A DNA stretch of 64,000 nucleotides from an uncultured delta proteobacterium (GTDB lineage Bacteria; Desulfobacterota; Desulfobacteria; Desulfobacterales; SG8-13), in the NCBI GenBank assembly GCA_963848135.1, contig CAWKCK010000003.1:496001-560000 (forward strand), in the 5' to 3' direction. How positions within the stretch are numbered: position 1 is the first letter of the stretch; the number at the start of each line of letters is the position of its first letter. Position numbers and translations under genes: made by a program. The notes beneath the pieces were generated by a model. That model saw only the letters and a list, made by a program, of their open reading frames with translations, did not search any database and was not told the DNA's origin. Of the stretch, positions 52,915-62,378 are shown piece by piece.

Positions 52915-52954
52915 AGGGCCGGATGGTATGCGGGCCATGGATGGACAGTGACCG

Positions 52955-53737
52955 ATGAAATACATCGACGAAAAGGACCTGGAAAATGTGCCGGGGATCG
53001 GTTTGAAACCCGGTGAGACCTTCAGTTTTCGTTGCCACCCGGACATCGCTTGTTTCAATCGTTGCTGCCGCAACTTGAACCTTTTTCTATACCCCTACGA
53101 CGTTGTTCGTTTGAAAGCATCCCTGGGGATCGATTCTGACCGTTTTCTAGACGAATACGTGGACGTTGTCTTGCGAGATTTCAACTTCTTTCCGGATGTC
53201 CTTTTGCGAATGACCGAAAATGAAGATCGCACCTGCCCGTTTTTGTCCCCGGCTGGGTGCCGCGTTTATCCGGATCGACCGGATACCTGCCGGACATTCC
53301 CGGTGGAGCATGGGCTCCGCTACGACGCGCGTTCCGGAAAGAACGAACCGGTGCACTTTTTCAGACCCCCCGCGTTTTGCCTCGGGCCCAAAGAAGATGT
53401 GCCATGGACGATAGATGGGTGGTCCAAAGATCAGCAAGCGTCTGTCTACAATAAGATGACGGCCCGTTGGGCGGAAATCCGGCAGCTTTTTCAAAAAAAT
53501 CCCTGGGGCAGCGCCGGGCCTGAAGGGCCCAACGCACGCATGGCTTTCATGGCGGCTTACAATATCGATCGCTTCAGGGCCTTCATCCTCGAGAGCAGTT
53601 TTCTGAAACGCTTCAAAATAAAATCGGCGACGGTAAGAAAAATCCGCAGCGATGATGTCGCCCTGTTAGCAATCGGGTTTGATTGGATCAAACTTTTCGT
53701 ATGGGGTTTGCCAAGTAAGAAGATTCGACCGCGCTGA
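52955..53737 (+). CDS. YkgJ-family cysteine-cluster protein
   Basis: FRCHPDIACFNRCC, CPFL..GCRVYPDRPDTCRTFP. Confidence 0.85.
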   Translation: MKYIDEKDLENVPGIGLKPGETFSFRCHPDIACFNRCCRNLNLFLYPYDVVRLKASLGIDSDRFLDEYVDVVLRDFNFFPDVLLRMTENEDRTCPFLSPAGCRVYPDRPDTCRTFPVEHGLRYDARSGKNEPVHFFRPPAFCLGPKEDVPWTIDGWSKDQQASVYNKMTARWAEIRQLFQKNPWGSAGPEGPNARMAFMAAYNIDRFRAFILESSFLKRFKIKSATVRKIRSDDVALLAIGFDWIKLFVWGLPSKKIRPR

Positions 53738-53880
53738 GGCGTGCCCTTGTCAGTTGTTTTTTTAGCGATGGGGAAGATGCCAGCGAAATGACCGCCTGCG
53801 GCTGACGTTAATTATTTACAGCATATAGACGGGCGCTGCGAAAAGAATAGAAGGCGGTTATCCGGTCGTTGCCGCGTCGG

Positions 53881-54696
53881 TTACAGGACCCCGGGAGGCA
53901 TGGGTGCTACCGGTTCGCCGCCCAATATGTAGCCACCGTCCAACCGAACAACGCTGCCGGTCATGAATGGGGCATCCTTGATGATGAAAAGAACGGCTTT
54001 GATTACATCCTCGATGGTACCGGTTCTGCCCAGCAGGGTGTGATCCAGCAGAGCCTGTCGGTGCTCGGGGGGCAGCAATTTCCAGCCCCGGGTTCCCGGA
54101 CCGTGCCGGCTATCGAAGAAGCCAAGCATAAGTTCGTTCACCCGTACCTCTGGAGACCCCGTGCGTGCCCAGGTTTCGGTCAGAAGTGAGACGGCCCGGT
54201 TGGCGGTTGCGTATCCATCGTTGAATACCAAGCTGGCCGGTCCTGAGCGACCGACAAGTCCGGCGATTGAGGAAAAGTTAATCACGGCCCCGTTGCCGGT
54301 GGCCTTCAGATGGGGAAGGGCCTGATCGAAAACCCATTGTTTGGCCCGCAGGGTGGTCCCCAATTCGAGATCCCACTGTTCCCGCACATAGGGACCATGT
54401 ACGATCGGCCATCCGCCCCGTTCGATGTTGTTTATCAAAATGTCGAGGCGGCCGAAGCGGCTGATGACCTGCGATATGAGGCTTCCCACCTGGTCAGTAT
54501 CCAGCAGATTCGTCCGGACAATCAGGTGCGGTGCACCCGTTGCGGTAAAATCTCTTTCAAGTGCCTCAAGGTGTTCTTCCCAATCATAGTAGTTCAGCAC
54601 GACCGAGGCCCCTTCCGAAGCCAACGCCAGACCGAGACCTTTTCCGATTCCCTTGATCGCGCCCAGGACGAGAGCGACCTTATCTTTGAGCATCAT
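53881..54696 (-). CDS. Atypical SDR-family oxidoreductase
   Basis: KVALVLGAIKGIG, FGRLDILINN, INFSSIAG, FMTGSVVRLDGG; start moved to MMLKDK. Confidence 0.85.
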   Translation of the reverse strand: MMLKDKVALVLGAIKGIGKGLGLALASEGASVVLNYYDWEEHLEALERDFTATGAPHLIVRTNLLDTDQVGSLISQVISRFGRLDILINNIERGGWPIVHGPYVREQWDLELGTTLRAKQWVFDQALPHLKATGNGAVINFSSIAGLVGRSGPASLVFNDGYATANRAVSLLTETWARTGSPEVRVNELMLGFFDSRHGPGTRGWKLLPPEHRQALLDHTLLGRTGTIEDVIKAVLFIIKDAPFMTGSVVRLDGGYILGGEPVAPMPPGVL

Positions 54697-55417
54697 TGGG
54701 AAAAAGTGCCTTTCTGACGTAGGTATGAGCCCGCCGTAAAAGTGCCACATCGTCTGATTTTAAGGTTTCCCGTTCTGCCGCATCAACGGTCCAGCCCTCC
54801 GGGAAGCCCAGGCGGAAAATTTGTTCCCTGAAGGCATCCAGATCATTCAGCATGCGATGAAACAGGTGCCTTGCCACAAGATCGAGCGGGCCGGCAATCA
54901 GCCTGTTTTTCAGACTGATAAGTTCCAGGAACAGATCGTTGAATTCATTGTAAAGTTCCAGGTCCTGGCTTTCAATCCAGGATCGTGCCGTCTGGCGCGC
55001 TGTTTGTTTAAATCCGAGACAGTGCGGTTCCCGAATCAGGGCGAAATGCTCCCGGATAACTCCGGTATGTCTATCGCGCGAAGTTCCACGCGCCATGGGG
55101 TACAATCGGCAGGAGGCGGGGCGGGCAGGATAAACGCGGCATCCTTTCGGGGTGACAAACGGACAGAGCCGATCGGTTTTAGAATCCGGTTTCAAGGTGA
55201 TTACGGGCAGGCCGGATTCCGGGCCGACGTGCTGGGTGGTATAGGTCTCGAGAAAGCGACCCGACGGAAGCCCCAGGTGGTTTTTTAAACGCAGAATGTC
55301 ATAGGGCGCCAGGGCCTGGTTCAGGTCGCGGCAGCAGGCGTTAAAACAGGGTACAGTTGGCGAACAGTGAAAGCTGAACGGCTCATCGACGGGCAAAGGG
55401 GTGATCTGTGGTTCCAT
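54680..55417 (-). CDS. YkgJ-family cysteine-cluster protein
   Basis: FHCSPTVPCFNACC, CPFV..GCRVYPARPASCRLYP; paralog of 52955..53737. Confidence 0.85.
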   Translation of the reverse strand: MEPQITPLPVDEPFSFHCSPTVPCFNACCRDLNQALAPYDILRLKNHLGLPSGRFLETYTTQHVGPESGLPVITLKPDSKTDRLCPFVTPKGCRVYPARPASCRLYPMARGTSRDRHTGVIREHFALIREPHCLGFKQTARQTARSWIESQDLELYNEFNDLFLELISLKNRLIAGPLDLVARHLFHRMLNDLDAFREQIFRLGFPEGWTVDAAERETLKSDDVALLRRAHTYVRKALFPNDAQR

Positions 55418-55547
55418 AAGTACCTTTTATTTTGCCATCGTGTTGGCAGTCATAACCAAGCACGAAACTCGGGTGAGCTTTACCACGGCCGCCTGAAAAC
55501 GGCAACCTGTTACCGTAAATGGCTCTCGAAAATTATCCTGCCGTTTT

Positions 55548-55594
55548 CCACAATATATAGTGTGTTTTGAGACGGGTTCGCCAATATGTTGTTA
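55548..55594. promoter_or_regulatory. Tandem NrdR-box-like operators
   Basis: CCACAATATATAGTGT (55548) and CGCCAATATGTTGTTA (55579), 31 bp apart. Confidence 0.6.
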
Positions 55595-55652
55595 CTTTAA
55601 CGGAAGGCCGCTAAGGGCCGAACTATTTTAAAATTTGTTTGCTCAAAAGTTC

Positions 55653-55681
55653 TTGACAAGAAAAATTCTGAATGATAAACA
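55653..55681 (+). promoter_or_regulatory. Putative sigma70 promoter of aprBA
   Basis: TTGACA followed after 17 nt by TAAACA in AT-rich context. Confidence 0.45.
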
Positions 55682-55948
55682 TTCTACTTTGCGGAGAGTT
55701 ATATCTTACTGATATTACAAGGTAATTTTTAAGGGATGTGTGTTCAGCATAACGGATGCACCTCTTTTGAGGCAACGGGTATAACGGTAAAACTTACCGT
55801 GGATTAGAAAAAAGCAGAGCCAAAATGGCCCCAACATATTTGGCCGCATAGAAGGGAGGTGTATCTGGGACCTGTTCTATCAGGACGGAACATTGGAGTA
55901 TGTTTCAAGTTCGAAATCGATCCAAAATTAAACGAGGAGGTATAGTCA

Positions 55949-56386
55949 ATGCCAAGTTTTGTAATTGATGAAAAATGTGACGGCTGCAAGGGCGGTGACA
56001 AAACTGCATGTATGTACATTTGCCCCAACGACCTGATGGTGTTGGAGCCCAATGCGATGAAAGCATACAACCAGGAGCCCGATCAGTGCTGGGAGTGTTT
56101 CTCCTGCGTCAAGATTTGCCCCACCCAGGCTGTTGAAGTCCGCGGTTATGCTGATTTCGTACCGTTGGGGAGCAGCATCATGCCGATGTTGGGCACCGAG
56201 GACGTGATGTGGACCTGCAAGTTCAGAAACGGCGTCATCAAGCGCTTCAAGTTCCCCATCCGGACCACTCCGGAAGGCCAAGCCAATGCGTACCAGGATC
56301 TGAAAGGCAGCGATATCGAGAGCGGCCTGCTCTCCACTCAGGAAGCCGACGGCTACAGCATTCCGACGCCTGAAGCGACGGTCTAA
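55949..56386 (+). CDS. aprB: Adenylylsulfate reductase beta subunit
   Basis: CDGCKGGDKTACMYICPNDLM, CWECFSCVKICP, KRFKFPIRTTPEG. Confidence 0.98.
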   Translation: MPSFVIDEKCDGCKGGDKTACMYICPNDLMVLEPNAMKAYNQEPDQCWECFSCVKICPTQAVEVRGYADFVPLGSSIMPMLGTEDVMWTCKFRNGVIKRFKFPIRTTPEGQANAYQDLKGSDIESGLLSTQEADGYSIPTPEATV

Positions 56387-56458
56387 GCCGGGGTGACTTG
56401 TCAGATTCCAAGCCCAGAACGACACAAGAATCGATACCTATTTTAAGGAGGGAGAAAT

Positions 56459-58438
56459 ATGGCATTACCGAACAAACCCTTGGGTGAACTTAAGGCCGTA
56501 AAGGATCCGGAAGTTGAGGAGCGTGAAGTTGATATTCTGATCGTCGGTGGCGGAATGGCTGCCTGCGGTGCGGCTTTCGAAGCAAAAAAATGGATGGACG
56601 ATGGCCAGTCAGTGCTGCTGTGCGACAAAGCCGCTATGGAGAGAAGTGGGGCGGTTGCCCAGGGCCTTTCCGCCATCAATACTTTCATTGGCGAAAACAA
56701 GCCGGATGACTATGTCCGCATGGTCCGTAACGACCTGATGGGAATCGTCCGCGAGGATCTGATCTTCGACCTGGGTTGCCACGTCGACGACTCCGTCCAT
56801 CTGTTCGAAGAGTGGGGACTGCCGATCTGGAAAAAAAGCGAAGAGGGCAAAACCCTGGACGGCAAAAAAGGTCAGGCCATGGGCACCCTGAAAGCCGGGG
56901 CCCAGCCGGTCAGGACTGGAAAATGGCAGATCATGATCAACGGCGAGTCCTATAAAAGGATCGTGGCCGAAGCTGCCAAACTGGCTCTCGGTGATGAGAA
57001 TATCCTCGAGCGCGTCTTCATCGTCGAGCTGCTCCTGGACGCCAACAATGAAAATCAGATCGCTGGAGCGGTCGGTTTCTCCGTGCGTGAGAACAAAGTC
57101 TTCATCATCAAGTGCAAAACCATGCTGGTCGCCTGCGGCGGCGCTGTCAACATCTATCAGCCCCGTTCGGTCGGTGAAGGTAAAGGCCGCGCCTGGTACC
57201 CGGTCTGGAACTCCGGTTCCACCTACACCATGCTGATGCGGGTCGGTGCCGAACTGTCCATGATGGAAAATCGTTTCACCCCGGCCCGGTTCAAAGACGG
57301 ATACGGCCCGGTCGGTGCCTGGTTCCTGCTGTTCAAAGCCAAGACCCTCAATGGCCTCGGCGAAAATTTCGCCGGCAGCGATGCGGCCAAGGAAGAACTG
57401 GCGAAGTACGCTCCTTATGGAACCGCTGCCATTACCCCGACCTGTCTGCGGAACCACCTGATGCTCTTTGAAATGAAGGAAGGTCGCGGTCCGATCATTA
57501 TGGATACGGTCACCGCTCTGGCCGAACTTGGCAAGACCATGGACAAGAAGGAATTGAAGCACCTCGAGTCCGAGGCGTGGGAAGACTTTCTTGACATGAC
57601 CTGTGGCCAGGCCAACCTGTGGTGTGCCACGAATACCGAGCCGGAGAAGAAAAACTCCGAGGTCATGCCGACCGAACCTTACCTGCTGGGTTCCCACTCC
57701 GGTTGCTGCGGTCTGTGGGTATCGGGCCCGGATTACGACTGGGTACCGGATGCCTACAAGATCAAGGCTGACAACGGCAAGGTCTACAACCGCATGACCA
57801 CGGTCAACGGCCTGTTCACCGCCGGTGACGGCGTCGGCTGCTCCGGCCACAAGTTCTCCTCCGGCTCCCACGCCGAGGGGCGTATGGCGGTCAAGCAAAT
57901 GGTCCGCTATGCCAAGGATCACGCCGACTTCACCCCGACCTTGAAACAGTCCAAGGAAGAGTTGGTCGACCTGGTGTACAAACCGGTGCGGACCTTCTTT
58001 GAGTTCAAGGACTACACCACCGCCATTGACATCAACCCCAACTACCTCAAGCCTGAGGGCATGATGTACCGGTTGATGAAAGCGACCCATGAGTACGGCG
58101 GCGGGACGGCCACTTACTACTTGACCACCACCAAGAACCTTGAGATTGTCATGGATCTGCTGGCCACGATGCGCGAAGACTGCGAAAAACTGGCCGCCGG
58201 CGACCTGCACGAACTGATGCGCGCCTGGGAAATCACTCACCGTATTTGGACAGTGGAATCTCACCTGCGCCACATCTCGTTCCGCAAGGAAACCCGTTAT
58301 CCGGGCTTCTACTACCAGGCCGATTATCCTGGGCAGGATGACGAGAATTGGTTCTGTTTCGTCAACTCCAAGTACGATCCGAAATCCGGTCAGTGGGATG
58401 TTTTCAAGAAAGATTACATCAAAATCATCCCGGACTAA
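56459..58438 (+). CDS. aprA: Adenylylsulfate reductase alpha subunit
   Basis: RSGAVAQGLSAINT, GKWQIMINGESYK, RFKDGYGPVGAWFL, GHKFSSGSHAEGR. Confidence 0.99.
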   Translation: MALPNKPLGELKAVKDPEVEEREVDILIVGGGMAACGAAFEAKKWMDDGQSVLLCDKAAMERSGAVAQGLSAINTFIGENKPDDYVRMVRNDLMGIVREDLIFDLGCHVDDSVHLFEEWGLPIWKKSEEGKTLDGKKGQAMGTLKAGAQPVRTGKWQIMINGESYKRIVAEAAKLALGDENILERVFIVELLLDANNENQIAGAVGFSVRENKVFIIKCKTMLVACGGAVNIYQPRSVGEGKGRAWYPVWNSGSTYTMLMRVGAELSMMENRFTPARFKDGYGPVGAWFLLFKAKTLNGLGENFAGSDAAKEELAKYAPYGTAAITPTCLRNHLMLFEMKEGRGPIIMDTVTALAELGKTMDKKELKHLESEAWEDFLDMTCGQANLWCATNTEPEKKNSEVMPTEPYLLGSHSGCCGLWVSGPDYDWVPDAYKIKADNGKVYNRMTTVNGLFTAGDGVGCSGHKFSSGSHAEGRMAVKQMVRYAKDHADFTPTLKQSKEELVDLVYKPVRTFFEFKDYTTAIDINPNYLKPEGMMYRLMKATHEYGGGTATYYLTTTKNLEIVMDLLATMREDCEKLAAGDLHELMRAWEITHRIWTVESHLRHISFRKETRYPGFYYQADYPGQDDENWFCFVNSKYDPKSGQWDVFKKDYIKIIPD

Positions 58439-58475
58439 TCGGAGCGCGTGATTTGAATAGACAATAAGTACCCAT

Positions 58476-58512
58476 AAACCTCCAGGCGTCGAGCGACGCC
58501 TGGAGGTTTTTA
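58476..58512 (+). terminator. Intrinsic terminator after aprA
   Basis: AAACCTCCAGGCGTC-GAGC-GACGCCTGGAGGTTT perfect stem followed by a T-rich tail. Confidence 0.8.
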
Positions 58513-58580
58513 TTAAATATGGCCCCACTGCTTTTGACGATTGAACCCTTTAGGCGATATCCGAAATGATTCGCGTTGCC

Positions 58581-58661
58581 TGAAGCTGGAAGCTTGAACG
58601 AACGCCCCTTTCGGCTGTTCATAGAGAATTGATCCTGAATTTCGAGCTTCGAGCTTCGAGC
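58581..58661. repeat. Heptamer tandem repeats arranged as an imperfect inverted repeat
   Basis: TGAAGCTGGAAGCTTGAA at 58581 and (TTCGAGC)x3 at 58641. Confidence 0.6.
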
Positions 58662-58739
58662 ATTGAATAAAATGAATTAGAGGATATCGTCTGAAGCTTA
58701 TCCGAAACAATAGTTACAGCATATCAACTGGAGGATAGT

Positions 58740-60017
58740 ATGACAGAAAACGCAGCAGCCCCTGCTAGTGGTAGCATCATGGTTGTCGGCGGTGGGATCA
58801 GCGGATTAACCGCGGCCCTTGAAGCTGCCGAGGTGGGGTACGAGGTTTTCCTGGTTGAAAAGAATCCGTATCTGGGCGGGCGTGTCGCGCAGCTGAATCA
58901 GTATTTTCCAAAGCTGTGCCCGCCGACCTGCGGCCTCGAGATCAATTTCCGGCGGATCAAAGACAACCCGCTCATCAAGGTTTTCACCATGAGCGAGGTC
59001 GAAAAAGTTGAAGGCGCCCCTGGCAACTATTCGGTCAGCCTCAAGATCAATCCCCGGTATGTCAATGAGAACTGCACGTGCTGCGGGGCCTGCGCAGAGG
59101 CCTGCGAAACCGAGATCGATAGTTTTTTCGATTTCGGTATGCAGAAAATCAAAGGTGCGCATCTGCCCTTTGAAATGGCCTTTCCAGCCCGATTTGTCAT
59201 TCACCAATCGGTCAAGGAATCATCGGCAGACGCACAGCGGGTGAAAGACGCCTGTCAATACGATGCGGTTGATTTCGACATGGCGCCCAAGACAATCAAC
59301 CTGCAAGCGGGTTCGATTATCTGGGCCACCGGGTGGGAGCCCTATGATGCGAAGAAGATGACCAACCTCAGGTACGGCGAGAATGCTAACATCATTACCA
59401 ACATGATGATGGAACGCATGGCATCGCCCAATGGGCCGACAAAAGGCGACATCAAACGGCCCTCTGACGGCAAGGCGCCTGAAAGTATCGCTTTCGTCCA
59501 GTGCGCCGGATCGCGTGATGAGAACCATCTGACTTACTGCTCCTACATTTGCTGTATGGCATCGCTGAAGCAGGCGACATATGTGCGCGAGCGATATCCG
59601 GATGCGAAAATCTATATTTTCTACATTGACATGCGGGCACCCGGTTTGCGCTATGAAAAATTTTACCAGACAATTAAAGAAGACGAGAAGATTGTTTTTG
59701 TCAAAGGCAAAGTGGCCGATATCAGCGATGCCTCTGACGGAAAGGTCACCGTGGTCGCCGAAAATGCTGTGACCGGGGAAAAGATTCATCAGATGGTCGA
59801 CATGGCGGTGCTCGCCACCGGCATGCAGCCCTCAACGGCAAACGTGAAGCTTCCCGCGGACCTCAAGTACAGCGAAGAAGGCTTTATTATCAACGACTTC
59901 CAAAAAGGCGGGATGTTTGCCGCCGGATGCGCCAACAAACCGCTGGACGTAGTGACGTCCAACCAGAATGCGACCGGTATGGCACTGAAGGCGATTCAAA
60001 CCCTGGTGAACAGGTAG
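58740..60017 (+). CDS. qmoA: QmoA (HdrA-like flavoprotein)
   Basis: VVGGGISG, YFPKLCPPTCGLEIN, FVQCAGSRD, CSYICCMASLKQ; follows aprA. Confidence 0.95.
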   Translation: MTENAAAPASGSIMVVGGGISGLTAALEAAEVGYEVFLVEKNPYLGGRVAQLNQYFPKLCPPTCGLEINFRRIKDNPLIKVFTMSEVEKVEGAPGNYSVSLKINPRYVNENCTCCGACAEACETEIDSFFDFGMQKIKGAHLPFEMAFPARFVIHQSVKESSADAQRVKDACQYDAVDFDMAPKTINLQAGSIIWATGWEPYDAKKMTNLRYGENANIITNMMMERMASPNGPTKGDIKRPSDGKAPESIAFVQCAGSRDENHLTYCSYICCMASLKQATYVRERYPDAKIYIFYIDMRAPGLRYEKFYQTIKEDEKIVFVKGKVADISDASDGKVTVVAENAVTGEKIHQMVDMAVLATGMQPSTANVKLPADLKYSEEGFIINDFQKGGMFAAGCANKPLDVVTSNQNATGMALKAIQTLVNR

Positions 60018-60030
60018 CAGGAGGCTTACC

Positions 60031-62367
60031 ATGGACAAAAAATTTGGTGTGTATATTTGCACAGGTTGCGGCATCGGAGAGGCTCTCGATATCGATGCGC
60101 TCAAGGAGGTTGCGACTGCAGATGGGTTTCCGGCCCAAACCCACGAGATGTTCTGTGGGAAAGCGGGGGTCGAGTTACTCAGAAAAGATATCACGGAAAA
60201 TGGAATCAACACCCTTGTCATTGCTGCCTGCTCGCGACGGGTCAACTTCGATGTCTTCCGGTTCGACGGGTGTATCGTCGACCGCGTGAACCTGAGAGAA
60301 CAGGTGGTCTGGTCGCATCCGCGATCTGAATTTCCGGCCCTGTCCGAAGAGCAAAAGGATGATGGCGTTCATTTCGACCGCGTTCAAATGCTGGCGGATG
60401 ATTACCTTAAAATGGGTATGACCCGGGTCAAAAAGATCAGCTTGCCCGAACCATACAAATTGGAATCTTTCAGCCGGAAAATCCTGGTTATCGGCGGTGG
60501 TATCACAGGGTTGTCCGCTGCCTTGGATGTCGCCAACACAGGTTACGAAGTCACCGTTGTCGAAAAGTCCGACGAGCTGGGCGGGCATGCCAAAACCTGG
60601 CGCAAGCAGCTACCGTTGGGTACCCCCTATGAGACGCTCAGTGCGCCAATCGTTGCCGAGACCATAAAAGCGGTTCAGGAGCATGAAAAGATTACCGTCA
60701 AAACCGGAACCATGTTGGCAAGACTGGCGGGTGAACCCGGGAATTTAACGGCGACATTCAAAAAACCCGGAGAGAAGATCGAATTCGATGTTCCCTACCC
60801 TCTGCCCGAGGATATGCGGTTAGATGACAGCGGCAAGGAACTCAACGCCGAGCAGCTCCACGAACGCTATATGGAGTATAACAAAGGCAAAAACGACATT
60901 CTGACCCTCGATCCCAGCGGAGAAAAGTTTGGCGCGGTTATACTGGCAGCCGGATGGAATCCGGCTAAGGTAGAGGGCGAGGCATACGCCCACTTGGGGG
61001 TTGAGCTTCCGGATGTTGTGACCAACACCGAGTTTGAAGCGATTGCCAAAAACGGTAAGATCACCCGACCCTCCGACGGTAAAGAGGCACGGTCGGTGGT
61101 GTTCATTCAGAGCCCCGGCGAGGAAGACGACAAGGACTTCCCATACGCCGGAGCCGTCACCAGCCTGGTGGCCCTTAAACAAGCCAAGTATGTGCGCGAA
61201 GACTTTCCGGATAGCGGCAAAGCATATATCTTCTATCAGCACATGCGCACCCAGGGGTTGACGGAGAACTTCTATAAGGCTGTCCAGCAGGATCCCGGGA
61301 TCTTTATGACCAAGGGCACTGTGAAGGGTGTCTCCAAAAATGGCGAAGGGCTTGTGGTGGAGGCTGACGACACCCTGCTGGGCGATAAAGTGCAAGTCAA
61401 GGCCGACATGGTTGTCCTGGCCGCGGGTATGGTCCCCGCAACCAAAGCCGACCCGGTGGTCAACCTGGCCTATCGTCAGGGACCGGCCTTCCGTGACATC
61501 GGCCTTTTCGACGGTTACGTCGATTCAAATTACATCTGCTTTCCGTACGAGACCCAGCGCACCGGCATATACGCTGCTGGCGCCATTCGGCGGTCACTGA
61601 CAGTGGAAGATTCTCTGGAAGATGCCGCCGGTGCGGCGCTGAAAGCGATTCAGTGTATCGAGTCGGTCAATCGCGGGGTTTCGGTACATCCCCGATCCGG
61701 TGATATGACTTTTCCGGACTTTTTCTTTCAACGCTGCACGCAATGCAAGCGCTGTACCGAGGAGTGCCCGTTCGGTGCCCTGGACGATGATGCCAAAGGG
61801 ACACCGAAACCGAATCCGGCCCGCTGCCGTCGCTGTGGGACATGCATGGGCGCCTGCCCGGAACGGATCATTGGTTTCGCCGATTACAACATCGACAGCA
61901 TCGGTTCCATGGTCAAGACCATTGGGGTGCCTTCGGAAGACGATTATGAAGAACCACCCTTCAGGATCCTGGGACTGGTCTGCGAAAACGATGCCTACCC
62001 AGCCTTGGATATCGCCGGCCTGAACCGCCTTTCTTACTCGGCCGATGTCCGCTTCATTCCGATCCGCTGCCTTGGTTCTATGAATGTCATCTGGATCAAA
62101 GACGCCCTTTCCCAGGGTATGGACGGGGTATTTCTGCTGGGGTGCAAACATGGTGATGATTACCAGTGCCATTTTATTAAAGGGAGCGAACTGGCCGAGA
62201 TCCGCATCAAAAAAATCGGTGACGCTTTGGCCAGTCTGGCCCTGGAAAACGAACGCGTTGCCCAGTTTGAACTGGCTATCGATGAGTACGATAAGATCCC
62301 GCAGATGGTAAATGATTTTGTGGCCTCTATCGAAGAGCTCGGACCGAACCCGTTCAAGGGATTCTAA
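60031..62367 (+). CDS. qmoB: QmoB (HdrA-ferredoxin-MvhD fusion)
   Basis: YICTGCGIG, VIGGGITG, CTQCKRCTEECP, CENDAYP, RCLGS, GCKHGDDYQCHF. Confidence 0.96.
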   Translation: MDKKFGVYICTGCGIGEALDIDALKEVATADGFPAQTHEMFCGKAGVELLRKDITENGINTLVIAACSRRVNFDVFRFDGCIVDRVNLREQVVWSHPRSEFPALSEEQKDDGVHFDRVQMLADDYLKMGMTRVKKISLPEPYKLESFSRKILVIGGGITGLSAALDVANTGYEVTVVEKSDELGGHAKTWRKQLPLGTPYETLSAPIVAETIKAVQEHEKITVKTGTMLARLAGEPGNLTATFKKPGEKIEFDVPYPLPEDMRLDDSGKELNAEQLHERYMEYNKGKNDILTLDPSGEKFGAVILAAGWNPAKVEGEAYAHLGVELPDVVTNTEFEAIAKNGKITRPSDGKEARSVVFIQSPGEEDDKDFPYAGAVTSLVALKQAKYVREDFPDSGKAYIFYQHMRTQGLTENFYKAVQQDPGIFMTKGTVKGVSKNGEGLVVEADDTLLGDKVQVKADMVVLAAGMVPATKADPVVNLAYRQGPAFRDIGLFDGYVDSNYICFPYETQRTGIYAAGAIRRSLTVEDSLEDAAGAALKAIQCIESVNRGVSVHPRSGDMTFPDFFFQRCTQCKRCTEECPFGALDDDAKGTPKPNPARCRRCGTCMGACPERIIGFADYNIDSIGSMVKTIGVPSEDDYEEPPFRILGLVCENDAYPALDIAGLNRLSYSADVRFIPIRCLGSMNVIWIKDALSQGMDGVFLLGCKHGDDYQCHFIKGSELAEIRIKKIGDALASLALENERVAQFELAIDEYDKIPQMVNDFVASIEELGPNPFKGF

Positions 62368-62378
62368 CATACAAGGAG

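Noticed and set aside
55828..55845. Third NrdR box (CCAACATATTTGG)
   Set aside because: Core is one base too long for the consensus and has no partner at about 31 bp.
56609..58528. 639-aa antisense ORF opposite aprA
   Set aside because: Shadow frame explained by the strong codon bias of aprA; no recognisable motifs.
58641..58661. Short repeats as a CRISPR array
   Set aside because: 7-nt tandem units without spacers; no cas genes in the window.
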